Positions 23,501 through 32,312 of a stretch of DNA of 40,667 nucleotides are shown here, piece by piece. The notes under the pieces are model-generated. The model was not told the origin of the DNA, searched no databases, and saw only the letters and a program-made list of their open reading frames with translations. A program made the translations under genes and the position numbers. Within the stretch, counting starts at the first letter, position 1. Each line of letters starts with the position of its first letter. The DNA lies in IMG/VR virus record IMGVR_UViG_3300045988_150405, positions 1 to 40,667 of that record. The stretch is one strand, 5' to 3'. This DNA is from a virus.

Positions 23501-24430
23501 TCTTTGAGTTTCGTTGTTTTGTCTAGCTACTTCATTAGCTTCTCTAGTATTTTCATTACTAACTCTAGTATTTTCTGCTGATACTCTAGCTTGTTCTGTA
23601 GTTCTTCTTTTAGCCTCTTCATTAACTCTATTAGTTTCTGCTTGAACTCTTAGTGCTTCTGCTTCTTTATGAGCGTTAGCTTCTGATCTTCTTCTATCTT
23701 CATCTTCAGTCATAAAATCATAATTAGCATTTCTTTCTTCTTCTGCTAATTTTCTTTTATTCTCTTCTTCAACTCTCTTAGCTTCTTCATCTATTCTATT
23801 AGTTTCATTAGACAATCTTATACTTTCATTTTGTTTTCTTATGTTCTCATTACTTTCTCTTATTGCATCGTATTTAGCCCTATCAGCTTCTTCGTGTTGT
23901 CTAACAAGTTCAGCCTCAACTCTTTTAACTTCTTCTATTTTTCTATTTTCTTCTGATAATATTCTTTCAGCTTCGTTTATCATTCTTTGTTCTTCTGATA
24001 TTTCTATAATAGACAATCTGTTTAACATATCAGTTAATAATGTAAAATCTTCTGTAGCTTCTACAGTATCATTTAATAAAGCAAATATTTTATCTTCTTC
24101 AACTTCATAATTTATAAGATCAGTAACTACTCTTTCATCTTCTAATATAAGCATAGCTTGTGCAGTATAAGTTCCTATCTCATCTTTCATAGAGTTCTTT
24201 AAGTCTGCATATACAAGACCATTTTCAACATCTACAAATTGAGAAGATACTTTTCCGCTTGGCTTTATTGCTGCTAATACTACTATAGCTTTTTCAACAT
24301 CAACTAATTTTCCAGCATTAGTTATTCGCATAAAAAAATCAGATGTATTATTATCGAACTGATTAAATTTCATTGTTTGATTGTTACATCTAAACTGTAA
24401 ATCTAATTTTAAATTATACTTTCTATCCAT
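20591..24430 (-). CDS. Tail fibre / receptor-binding protein (BppU-like N-terminus, long coiled coil, CBM-like domain)
   Basis: 1279 aa. The N-terminal ~120 aa resemble BppU_N/DUF2479. Residues ~145-400 are NE..R-rich repeats. The central part has a beta-rich galactose-binding-like segment (TPNTTYTFSFKVDG...IISDIQLEE). Confidence 0.7.
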   Translation of the reverse strand: MDRKYNLKLDLQFRCNNQTMKFNQFDNNTSDFFMRITNAGKLVDVEKAIVVLAAIKPSGKVSSQFVDVENGLVYADLKNSMKDEIGTYTAQAMLILEDERVVTDLINYEVEEDKIFALLNDTVEATEDFTLLTDMLNRLSIIEISEEQRMINEAERILSEENRKIEEVKRVEAELVRQHEEADRAKYDAIRESNENIRKQNESIRLSNETNRIDEEAKRVEEENKRKLAEEERNANYDFMTEDEDRRRSEANAHKEAEALRVQAETNRVNEEAKRRTTEQARVSAENTRVSNENTREANEVARQNNETQRVEAETQRQNRYNSFILDAEANASNFENYTNNAKVKEEERKSNELDRKSQEDRRVSNENERVSSENTRKANEETREENETSRQNVFENKVSEFNEKIVELNTTKDNFISSVNTKVDTKISELDKSKSDMTTTVSNKINDVETRFNRLTSSQQQDAEVIDARDGETSLKARLDRDIEKAKQVYVNVEGSHISTDSNVGYAKDVEILGNTIQSASNFADIRSVGDKVEGQELYEIPVVSCGKNLAKDISDAKGNDNDKHWIVIDNGDGSYKVSGDGNGAHGFALKLNVEVTPNTTYTFSFKVDGAYPTLRTPIYVYKGFNTLWDSNKLFHSGSICTFTTPSDTNKICLGFYYRSTADTTSVIISDIQLEEDTQATPYEPYVEDKLTILSPVQLEKVGDVADKIICKDGVWGVEKNIKTKYLKDMPMRDNTEEATHYRLGNYSDTFPMRCDTILCNNYMVATSASTESTQTQIMAFKHSNTRIEIRLAIQKSDVPDITTINELVSRVKNGDTYIKYQLVEPQFIPLPHDQQIKLRTFANKTNISFGCEIEGMIKAQVPKSLGATVNTHTEQISNLNKELDRVKKLEESTVSTVTTESDFTTVEATTRGYFEDVKLDGKTLVVNSDNEVVESGTDGAMLKSVGEDVDEIVVSSNNNQPKQIKTTDDNSITTTIDNPNYQSDKKRLLYYNEETQAWEKPILRQWDSIEKHADGKYYYHQRSGEVVLNGSESWVVGPNDDNYIALYTQTFTNRKLGRLGIVSDKFNTVFSLKKECIFGEQDNPSLYINILKSKLSTQDVQGFKQWLQANNVTVVYQLAQEKVYECTNIDLITYANETNYIVESGAIEPRTTLKVHNNISNVVSLLQKKVSLLESNITKYMITQNRLMLASRYNADTVSFKVDVSSFSDTFEYDNDLYELILNNILVGKDNYNREYIENLIIFYWMDFVISDEMYSTLFEIIEEQHNPKIEEEAPLI

Positions 24431-26707
24431 TTATACACCTTCTTTCATAGTTTTAATTTCTTGCTTTAGCTTTTGAATTTCTAATAATGCTAAAGCTAAT
24501 AAACTACTTTCATTTACTACAGTTTTTCCGCCATCATCTTTACCAACGAATAAATGTGCATTTTTATTTTCTTTTAAGGCATTTACATTTATTACAAGCT
24601 TTTCATTCATTCCGTTATCATCAGACATTCTCATAACGTTTGGACTTTCTATTATCACATCATCTAATACATCACCTAAAGTATCATCACTAATAGTTGC
24701 AACTGGATTGTCTATCGCTAAAGCATATGTGTTTGTAGCATATACATCTTTACTAACAACTTGTTGCCACCTTTTAGACGACCAACCTAAATTATATTTA
24801 TCCTTTGATAAAGGGTCATGAGAACCAGACTCAAAAAAACTTGAACTAGAAGTAGGAAGATATGGATGTGGATGGTTTCCTACATTATATGCACTAACTG
24901 CTTTGTTGTATGCACTATCTGCTTTTGATAAAGCGTTATTAGCAGTTGTTGAAACTGAATCTACTTCTGTAGCTTTTGCTAATCTAGCATCAGTAGTATC
25001 TCCATTCTTGCCATAATAAACATTATTACCGTGTGTTGATATTATTCCTTGAGTAGTCCATATTTTACCCCAATGTTGATTCCCTTGAAATATCATAACT
25101 TCGTGATTTGGGTAAAGGCTACTAAATATAGCAGTATGAGCACCAAAATACTCTCCGTTAACCCCATATGCACTTTGTGTAACCTTTATATAGTTTTCGT
25201 TATCCATTTTCAATCTTATTGCATTACCTTTACCTTGTTCATTTTTTGCTGTAGCATCTATTGAGCAATTATCGAATAGCTTTATTATTGGATTAGCATT
25301 GTTTGAACTTAATGAGTTTATAGATAATGTATTAGCCTCTATATTACCACCATGTATAGTAGTTCCACCATCAGTAGATAAGTCAGAGAAACTTACCTTA
25401 CCTGTAACATCTATACCATCAACAGTTTGCTTTATTTCTGTATATTTACCATTTAAATCGGTTGCTACTGATTGGATATAACTATCAGTCTGCTCTATTA
25501 AAGTGCTATTAACTTTTATATCTCCTTCAAGCTTTGAAACTTCCGAAACAATTTTATCATCTAATATTTCAAAGTTTACATACATGTTATTCACTTGGTT
25601 TAAAACATTATCTACATTATTTTCTAAATCACCTATAATGTCATTTATGCTCCCTTTAAACCTTCCTAACTCAATACTTTCATATCTATCAGTTAAAACA
25701 TTAAATACAGTCTTTATAACATTAGCTTCTACATTCATTCCTATACGTTCATCAATAACAGTTACAGTATCACCCATACCTACCAATTCAAGGGCTTTTA
25801 AATTATTATCTTCATATTCTGCAGTTTGATGAAGATATATAAATTCAACTTTATAATTAACATTAGGAATATCTTTTTGAGTTTCACTAAAATATTTATT
25901 AGCTTGAGTTCTAAGTGAGTCTATATCTTTTATTTCTTTTTCAGAATAATCAACCGCTAAAATTTTGGGGTGAGGATAATTATTAATATACTTTGAATTA
26001 ACAAATCGCTCCGGCAATACTATAATTTCTTCAACTGTAGTTGTGTTTTCATCTTCTCCTAACTCCTTTTGAATTTTAGCAAAAGGATATATACAAGTAA
26101 CTAAATCAGTTTCATCTATCTCTCTTTTATATCCAGTAATATTTTTAGAATAAGCTATTGTAACACCGTTATTATTCCCCCTGGTTTTATTAAGATATAT
26201 ATTATAGTTATCTCTTTTAAGCTTTGCACCGTTACCGTATGTATCTAATAAACTTCCTCTAGTGCCTAAAATAGCTTCTAAGGCATTAACTCGGCTTAAA
26301 TTATAAGTTGCAGTATGTTCAATATCTGAATAACCTTTGAAATTATGAGCATATTGACATTTAGAAAGCATAGCTTGAAAAGACTGTTCACAAGTTGATT
26401 TTGTGCAAGTAACATTTTCTACAAAGTTATCCATTAAATCATAAGTTATATGTTGGGCTTTTACATATATTTTCCCATTAATTTCATTACTTACATAATA
26501 TATTCTAAATAATTGTTCCCCTAGTTCATCAGAAGCTTTAGCTTTTATGACTTTATTACTTTGTATATCATTAAAGTTATTAGAAGCTATACTATAAGTT
26601 AGCTCAAGCTCAAATACTCCGTTTTCTTCCTCTGTAACTAGACACTCCAAGCAATTATCTAAAGTACATATTTTAGTAATTGCATCACTATTATAAAGAG
26701 TTATCAT
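24431..26707 (-). CDS. Tail-associated lysin/Tal-like protein (prophage tail endopeptidase family) with an S74-like C-terminal chaperone segment
   Basis: 758 aa, in the position after Dit. The C-terminal NESSLLALALLEIQKLKQEIKTMKE resembles the end of intramolecular chaperone (Peptidase_S74) domains. Confidence 0.55.
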   Translation of the reverse strand: MITLYNSDAITKICTLDNCLECLVTEEENGVFELELTYSIASNNFNDIQSNKVIKAKASDELGEQLFRIYYVSNEINGKIYVKAQHITYDLMDNFVENVTCTKSTCEQSFQAMLSKCQYAHNFKGYSDIEHTATYNLSRVNALEAILGTRGSLLDTYGNGAKLKRDNYNIYLNKTRGNNNGVTIAYSKNITGYKREIDETDLVTCIYPFAKIQKELGEDENTTTVEEIIVLPERFVNSKYINNYPHPKILAVDYSEKEIKDIDSLRTQANKYFSETQKDIPNVNYKVEFIYLHQTAEYEDNNLKALELVGMGDTVTVIDERIGMNVEANVIKTVFNVLTDRYESIELGRFKGSINDIIGDLENNVDNVLNQVNNMYVNFEILDDKIVSEVSKLEGDIKVNSTLIEQTDSYIQSVATDLNGKYTEIKQTVDGIDVTGKVSFSDLSTDGGTTIHGGNIEANTLSINSLSSNNANPIIKLFDNCSIDATAKNEQGKGNAIRLKMDNENYIKVTQSAYGVNGEYFGAHTAIFSSLYPNHEVMIFQGNQHWGKIWTTQGIISTHGNNVYYGKNGDTTDARLAKATEVDSVSTTANNALSKADSAYNKAVSAYNVGNHPHPYLPTSSSSFFESGSHDPLSKDKYNLGWSSKRWQQVVSKDVYATNTYALAIDNPVATISDDTLGDVLDDVIIESPNVMRMSDDNGMNEKLVINVNALKENKNAHLFVGKDDGGKTVVNESSLLALALLEIQKLKQEIKTMKEGV

Positions 26708-27120
26708 TTAACCACCTCTTTACAACTAAATTTAAAAGAAATATTTAAAAGCCCTTCCATTTCTTCAACTATTTCAATAGGACCTTTTACGATAGCTTCA
26801 TATTCTATTAAATCATTAGAAAAAGTTAAAGTTTTATATGTTACTTCACCTTGTAGCCATTGTTTTATATTTTTAACTACAGTTTGAGCATCTTCTAAAC
26901 CTTCTAAATCAATATAAGCTTCTATATTTATTTCTTTATTCTTTTTTCTTTTATTATCTATTACTAAATCTCCGCTTCTTCCCGGTATTTCTATTAATTC
27001 AAAGTCATTTTCAAAACTATTTAAATGGTCATTTTCTGTTATTATAAAATTAAAAGAAGCACTAGAAGTGCCACCATATACAAAATAATCTAGTGAATTT
27101 TTATCTACATAGTATTGCAC
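26704..27120 (-). CDS. Distal tail protein (Dit)-like, short (138 aa)
   Basis: Its position directly after the tape measure gene. GTG start after GGAGGTG, overlapping the TAG of the tape measure gene. Confidence 0.45.
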   Translation of the reverse strand: MQYYVDKNSLDYFVYGGTSSASFNFIITENDHLNSFENDFELIEIPGRSGDLVIDNKRKKNKEINIEAYIDLEGLEDAQTVVKNIKQWLQGEVTYKTLTFSNDLIEYEAIVKGPIEIVEEMEGLLNISFKFSCKEVVK

Positions 27121-29636
27121 TATCTAACACCTCCAAAACCTAACCTTTGTCTTTTTATTTCAAATGTCATTTCTTGCATAAGTTCTTTTACATCTTGCTT
27201 TCTTTCATTTACAAACTTATCTATATTAAGATTAATACTTATACTATTTTCTGTGTTTATATTAGCTTGTTTATTATCAGTTTTAAGCCCTTTAGCAAAG
27301 TCTTTCAATCCTTCTATCATAGAATAATTAGTAGCCATTACATCAGATACCGTAGTTTGTTTAGCCCTAGCATAATTAAATCTAGTTTTAGAATAATCAT
27401 TATCAGCATAACTAACTAAGTATTCTTGTTCTTCTTGTCGAGGATCTTCAACCATTCTAAACATTGAAGTAACCTTTTTAATACTACTTGTAACTTTATT
27501 TATTGCACTTGTTATTCCTCCAAGTATTCCACTTATAACTTTTTGAGCAGCTTTAAATGGAGCAGTCATTATATTAGTTAATGTACTAAATACACTTGAT
27601 ATAGTAGACTTAACTAAATTAGCCCCAGTACTTACAACTGATTTAATTCCATTCCACGCAGTTTGAATAACTGTTTTTATACTATTCCAAATAGTAGTAG
27701 TAACAGATTTAATTGCATTAAATACATTTTGTATCACTGATTTAATAGAATTAACAACAGTTGTAATCAAAGATTTAATACCATTCCATACAGTAGTTGT
27801 TGTTGATTTAATACCATTCCATACAGTAGTTATAATATTTTTAATACCATTACATACAGTTTCAATAACTGATTTAATACCATTCCAAATACTTGTTGCT
27901 AATTGTTTTAATAAATTCCAACAAGTAGATAGAAATGCTTTTATACCAGTCCATGCAGCAGTTAAAAATGCTTTTATAGTATTTGTAACCACTTCTATAG
28001 TTGGCTTTATACTATTTTCCCATATTTCAGTACATTTAGCCTTTATAGTATCCCAATTTTTATAAACTAACACACCTGCTGCAACTAATGCTGCAAATGC
28101 AGCTATTACAGCCCATACTGGAACAGTTACAGCACCTATTGAAAAAGCTGTAGCAGTTAAAGCTGGAATTAATGTTCCTGTTAAAAATGCAGATACAGCA
28201 CTTATAGCACTCATTACTGCCCCACTTATCATACTTGCAAAACTGGTTAAAGCAGGAATTATTGTACTATGTAAAGTTGTATTCAATGAAATTATAGTAC
28301 CTATTAAGTTTGTTTTCATAACAGTAGATAAAGTAGTCAATGCAGTTTTTAGTAAACCAATTCCAGTAATCGCATCTTTAAATACTAAAATTAAATTACC
28401 TACAATAAGTATAGCTGGACCTAATATAGCTAAAAATCCACCAACACCAATTATTACATTTTGTATAGCAGGATTAAGATTATTAAACCAAGTAAATACA
28501 TTAGTTATTCCCTCAACTAAATTTTGAAATATGGGTATAAGTCTTTGACCTATAGTTATTAAAAGCCCTTCAAAAGCACTTTTCATGTTATCTATAGCAC
28601 CTTTTAGGTTATTTTGCATAGTATCATACATTTCACTTGCAGCACCGTCAGAATTTCTTATACCTTCTTCAAATTCTCTTATCTTAGGTACACCAGCTTC
28701 AAAAGCCATATTTACACCTTTTAAGGCTTCTGTTCCCCATATAGAAGATAAAGCCATATCTCGTTCGGCTTGAGTCATTCCTTCTGTAGCCTTTTCAACA
28801 TCTGCTAATATGTCAGTCATATCTCTATAGTTTCCATTTGCATCTACTATTGCAACGTTTGTATCACCTATAGCTATAGCACCATCTTTAGCTTTAGCTT
28901 TCATATCTCTAAACATAGCGTTTAGAGTAGTTCCTGCACTACTTCCCTTAAGCCCTTGATCTGCAAATATCCCAAGTAAAGCAGTTGTATCTGCTAGATC
29001 ATAGCCCATAGCATTAGCAGAAGCACCACAATATTTTAAAGCTTCTCCTAATTGTTGAACATCTGTATTTGAATTAGCTTGTGCATACGCTAACATATCT
29101 GTCATTTTAGTAGCTTCACTAGCTTCCATACCAAACATTGACATTGTATCTGTAACAATATCTGTTGCAAGTGCTAAGTCCATTCCAGAAGCACCTGCTA
29201 ATTTTAGCGAAGGCTCAAGTCCAGCTGCCATTTGTTCCGCATCCCATCCAGCTAAAGCCATATACGAAAGGGCTTCCGCACTTTCAGTTGCACTATATTT
29301 AGTAGTAGATCCCATTTCTCTAGCTTTATCTTCAAGCATTTTTAAATCATCACCAGTTGCACCACTTAAAGCAGATACCTTAGACATTCCAGCTTCAAAA
29401 TCAGAAGCAGTTTTTATTGCTCCTGCACCTAAAGCTAATAAAGGTAATGATACTGCAGTAGTTATTGTGCTTCCTATAGTCTTTAAAGAACTTCCTAAAG
29501 CTTCAAATCTAGTTCCTGCATTATTACTCTGATTTGTAAATTCACTTAAAGTTGATTGTGCATCTTTTAAACCAGCTTTAAATTTACTTGTATCCAAATC
29601 AAGATAACCAACCGCAGTCCCAATATTTACACTCAT
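27120..29636 (-). CDS. Tail tape measure protein (TP901-family core)
   Basis: 838 aa. KTASDFEAGMSKVSALSGATGDDLKMLEDKAREMGSTTKYSATESAEALSYMALAGW is the TP901-type TMP core. It has hydrophobic central segments and 11-residue repeats. Confidence 0.9.
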   Translation of the reverse strand: MSVNIGTAVGYLDLDTSKFKAGLKDAQSTLSEFTNQSNNAGTRFEALGSSLKTIGSTITTAVSLPLLALGAGAIKTASDFEAGMSKVSALSGATGDDLKMLEDKAREMGSTTKYSATESAEALSYMALAGWDAEQMAAGLEPSLKLAGASGMDLALATDIVTDTMSMFGMEASEATKMTDMLAYAQANSNTDVQQLGEALKYCGASANAMGYDLADTTALLGIFADQGLKGSSAGTTLNAMFRDMKAKAKDGAIAIGDTNVAIVDANGNYRDMTDILADVEKATEGMTQAERDMALSSIWGTEALKGVNMAFEAGVPKIREFEEGIRNSDGAASEMYDTMQNNLKGAIDNMKSAFEGLLITIGQRLIPIFQNLVEGITNVFTWFNNLNPAIQNVIIGVGGFLAILGPAILIVGNLILVFKDAITGIGLLKTALTTLSTVMKTNLIGTIISLNTTLHSTIIPALTSFASMISGAVMSAISAVSAFLTGTLIPALTATAFSIGAVTVPVWAVIAAFAALVAAGVLVYKNWDTIKAKCTEIWENSIKPTIEVVTNTIKAFLTAAWTGIKAFLSTCWNLLKQLATSIWNGIKSVIETVCNGIKNIITTVWNGIKSTTTTVWNGIKSLITTVVNSIKSVIQNVFNAIKSVTTTIWNSIKTVIQTAWNGIKSVVSTGANLVKSTISSVFSTLTNIMTAPFKAAQKVISGILGGITSAINKVTSSIKKVTSMFRMVEDPRQEEQEYLVSYADNDYSKTRFNYARAKQTTVSDVMATNYSMIEGLKDFAKGLKTDNKQANINTENSISINLNIDKFVNERKQDVKELMQEMTFEIKRQRLGFGGVR
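27597..28025 (-). repeat. About 13 tandem 11-residue repeats (W/F-N-G-I-K-S-x4) within the tape measure protein
   Basis: Lys recurs every 11 residues from K544 to K676, with W/F/C/V four residues before it (counted by hand from the track translation). Confidence 0.8.
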
Positions 29637-29639
29637 ATA

Positions 29640-29891
29640 CTACCTCCTTTCTTTTCTTAGCTTTTCAGCTAATTGAAGGTTAATATTTCTCTTTTCTTCC
29701 TTTGTTTTCTGTTCTTCTCTCCATTTTGGCTTTTTCTCTTGCTCTAATTGACTAATTATATAATCACAAGCTTCATCAAAGCAAAATGCAGTATATTCAT
29801 CATATATCCTAGCAATTTCAGAAGGTAGTTTTTTAAATCTTATAGATTGATTAAGTATTCTAATTATTTGTTTGCTTGTTACGAAAATTTT
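29640..29891 (-). CDS. Tail assembly chaperone frameshift extension (gpT-like); +1 frame, no start codon
   Basis: An 83-codon open frame (KIFVTSKQIIRILNQSIRFKKLPSEIARIYDEYTAFCFDEACDYIISQLEQEKKPKWREEQKTKEEKRNINLQLAEKLRKERR) overlaps the last 10 codons of 29860..30270. It contains no ATG and ends 3 nt before the tape measure ATG. Confidence 0.55.
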   Translation of the reverse strand, partial: KIFVTSKQIIRILNQSIRFKKLPSEIARIYDEYTAFCFDEACDYIISQLEQEKKPKWREEQKTKEEKRNINLQLAEKLRKERR

Positions 29892-30270
29892 CTAAAGATT
29901 TTACTCCACCTTGAGAATACATTAATATTGCCATTAATTGATTTTCCGTTAGTTCTACATTAGCTTTTTTAATATCTTTATAACTTGGTTTAACCAAAGA
30001 AGCGTCTGCTAATACTTCCATCATTCCTACTAATTCTTTTAATGTCTTTATATCCTCTGATGCTTTTCCCATTACTTGACCCGTTTTACCGTTAAACATT
30101 TCAGTAGCAACAGATAATAAAGTATTAGGTATTTTACCGCTTGTCATTAGTTGCATCATATTAGGTTTTTTAATTTCTACTACAAAAGGAGTTCCATCTT
30201 CAAAACTTGGTAACTCAACTATTTCTGTTTGTTTTATTGCTTGTAATTGTTCTAAACTTGTTATTTGCAT
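29860..30270 (-). CDS. Tail assembly chaperone (gpG-like)
   Basis: 136 aa, located between the major tail and tape measure genes and followed by an overlapping start-less ORF. Confidence 0.7.
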   Translation of the reverse strand: MQITSLEQLQAIKQTEIVELPSFEDGTPFVVEIKKPNMMQLMTSGKIPNTLLSVATEMFNGKTGQVMGKASEDIKTLKELVGMMEVLADASLVKPSYKDIKKANVELTENQLMAILMYSQGGVKSLENFRNKQTNN

Positions 30271-30338
30271 AACTACCTCCTAAAATTTCTAAAATATATA
30301 ATAAAAAGGACTAAGGATACACCTTAGCCCATTAATTC

Positions 30339-30926
30339 TTATTCTTCTATTTGTTCTTCTTCTACTTCTAAAGCAGGATGTTTAAAAGCAACAACACCTA
30401 CTGGCAACTCATTAACTAAATCAACTGTATATAGTGAAGTATTTAAAGCTGGTCTTGATTTTATTGTGTATTCATTAGCATAATATTCTCCATCTTTAAA
30501 GTTAGGAGAAATAAAAGATCCTTTACAGTTAGGGAAAGTATATTTTAAATAATCCCCTGTTGGTCCATTATCTCCTACTACTTCAACATATGCTATAAAT
30601 TCAAAAGCCTTTGTGTTAGGCATAGCACCTACATTAGGAGCAGTATATTTTGTAAATGAGCCACTGTCAGTAACAGTACCACCTTGTATATCTGCAAGTA
30701 AAGCAGGAGCAAATACATTATCTTTACAAGTTATATCATGCCCTAGTACCATGTCCGGAGTTTGCTTAGAAGCTATTAACTTATTTTTTATAGTAAGGTT
30801 TTTAGTTTCTCCTCCTTCTATTACTGGCTCACATGATATTTCATCAGCAGTAGCAAAAGAATGAGTTTTTCCACCACTTACTTTTATTTGCGTCATTACA
30901 ACATCACATAAAGCAAATTGTTCCAT
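30339..30926 (-). CDS. Major tail protein
   Basis: Its position and size. The track start at 30935 is a GTG. The ATG at 30926 (MEQFALC) has GAAGGTG 6 nt upstream. Confidence 0.7.
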   Translation of the reverse strand: MEQFALCDVVMTQIKVSGGKTHSFATADEISCEPVIEGGETKNLTIKNKLIASKQTPDMVLGHDITCKDNVFAPALLADIQGGTVTDSGSFTKYTAPNVGAMPNTKAFEFIAYVEVVGDNGPTGDYLKYTFPNCKGSFISPNFKDGEYYANEYTIKSRPALNTSLYTVDLVNELPVGVVAFKHPALEVEEEQIEE

Positions 30927-30927
30927 C

Positions 30928-31275
30928 TTATGCACCTTCTTTCGTCTTAATTTTCTTGTAAGTAAATGAAGTCATATAAGCTTTTTTATCATCATCAATT
31001 ATAGTTGGCATAGGATCTATAACCCTTCTAATGCCCTTTAAAAGCTTCATTATATATAATACTGACTGTTTATACTCATTAAGCTTTGAATAAGTTCCTA
31101 CAGGGTAATAAATCAATAATTCAACTATATCATTAGTTAATGATGTTCCAACTATCTCACTTTCTCCATTTTCTTTTACAACAATATAAGGGTTTGTGCA
31201 TATTCCTTCATGTTGACCTATAGAATACACATCAAACCCATTTTCCTTTAAATATTTGTATATTTGTGCAAACAT
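30928..31275 (-). CDS. Tail terminator / tail completion protein
   Basis: 115 aa, in the conserved position just upstream of the major tail gene. Confidence 0.45.
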   Translation of the reverse strand: MFAQIYKYLKENGFDVYSIGQHEGICTNPYIVVKENGESEIVGTSLTNDIVELLIYYPVGTYSKLNEYKQSVLYIMKLLKGIRRVIDPMPTIIDDDKKAYMTSFTYKKIKTKEGA

Positions 31276-31284
31276 AATTTACAC

Positions 31285-31626
31285 CTACTTTAATATCTTA
31301 TTTAATCCTCTGATAGCTTGAGGACTTATTATGTCTATAGTTGGTTTTATAATAGCATATTTTTTTTCATTACAAAGTTCTAAATAAATACCATAATGAA
31401 CTCCATGTGATAACTCTACTCTAGCAACATCTCCAACCCACTTCCAAGAACTATTTAAACTTTGTTTAGCCCTTCCAGTTCTATCAACCCAGGGTTTATT
31501 GCTTTTTGCATGAGTTTCCATTTTTTTAGCAACTGTATCTGCATATAATCCAAGTGCTGCTCTAGTTTTAATTTCTCTTTCTGCCAAACCTTTTATAAGG
31601 TTATTAGCATCAAATTTAAAACTCAT
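31285..31626 (-). CDS. HK97 gp10-family tail/neck component
   Basis: AKKMETHAKSNKPWVDRTGRAKQSL resembles the gp10-family motif (..P.DTG.L..S.). Confidence 0.5.
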   Translation of the reverse strand: MSFKFDANNLIKGLAEREIKTRAALGLYADTVAKKMETHAKSNKPWVDRTGRAKQSLNSSWKWVGDVARVELSHGVHYGIYLELCNEKKYAIIKPTIDIISPQAIRGLNKILK

Positions 31627-31627
31627 A

Positions 31628-31984
31628 CTAATACCTCTCGACTAACATATCAAAGTAAATATTTAACCTATTTTGGTTACCTAAGTCTTTTATAATATAC
31701 TTAACATTATCAAGTAAGAAGTAATCATTTTCTTTTATCTTAACAGTATCTTCATCATATACAACCATTAAAAACATCTGTTTACTTCTTTTTACTTGAC
31801 CTTTATCAGTAGTAATAGCACTAATTTGAGTATTACCTTCATGGTAAAAGCCTTTTACACTACATACAAGGTCTTTTCCTCCAGGTTCTCCAAACTCATT
31901 TTTAACATCCCTATAAATGTCAACATAAGTTGGGAATTTATCTATTACTTTTTTAACTTTAGGTTTGATTTTATTAGCTATCAT
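31628..31984 (-). CDS. Head closure / head-tail adaptor (SPP1 gp16-like)
   Basis: 118 aa, by gene order. The beta-rich sequence has YVDIYR near the N-terminus, as in head-tail joining proteins. Confidence 0.45.
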   Translation of the reverse strand: MIANKIKPKVKKVIDKFPTYVDIYRDVKNEFGEPGGKDLVCSVKGFYHEGNTQISAITTDKGQVKRSKQMFLMVVYDEDTVKIKENDYFLLDNVKYIIKDLGNQNRLNIYFDMLVERY

Positions 31985-32229
31985 AAAATCCTGCTCCCAC
32001 TAGGTTTATATTTCTTTGCTAGTCTTAACCAGTATGTACTATTATTAGCTAAAGTAAGTCCTCCTGGAAGTGCTATGCTATCATCTTCGGCTTTTAATAA
32101 TAAGCACTCATATGCAGCATTATTTACATTGCCATTATTTTTATTTAAATAATATGCTATTTCTTCATCAGTAAAAAAGGGAGAAGTTTCCTCCCTTAGT
32201 ATCAATTTAAGTTCTTGAATTTCTCCCAT
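31981..32229 (-). CDS. Putative head-tail connector protein
   Basis: 82 aa, by gene order only (first gene after the capsid gene). Confidence 0.35.
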   Translation of the reverse strand: MGEIQELKLILREETSPFFTDEEIAYYLNKNNGNVNNAAYECLLLKAEDDSIALPGGLTLANNSTYWLRLAKKYKPSGSRIL

Positions 32230-32312
32230 TTTATTTACTCAACTTTCTTTTTTCTTGTTCTTTTAGGTTTTTGTGGGACTTCCACTTCTTCGACTACTGA
32301 AGCACTTCGCAG

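Noticed and set aside
20591-24430. Diversity-generating retroelement acting on the fibre gene
   Set aside because: There is no reverse transcriptase ORF and no template-repeat/variable-repeat pair. The internal repeats are degenerate coiled-coil coding repeats.
32230-32312. In-frame 25-codon open extension after the capsid TAA stop (LRSASVVEEVEVPQKPKRTRKKKVE), relatively GC-rich
   Set aside because: It would require TAA read-through, for which there is no supporting signal. There is no RBS or start for an independent ORF. It is probably just a spacer or remnant. Proteomics of the capsid could revisit this.
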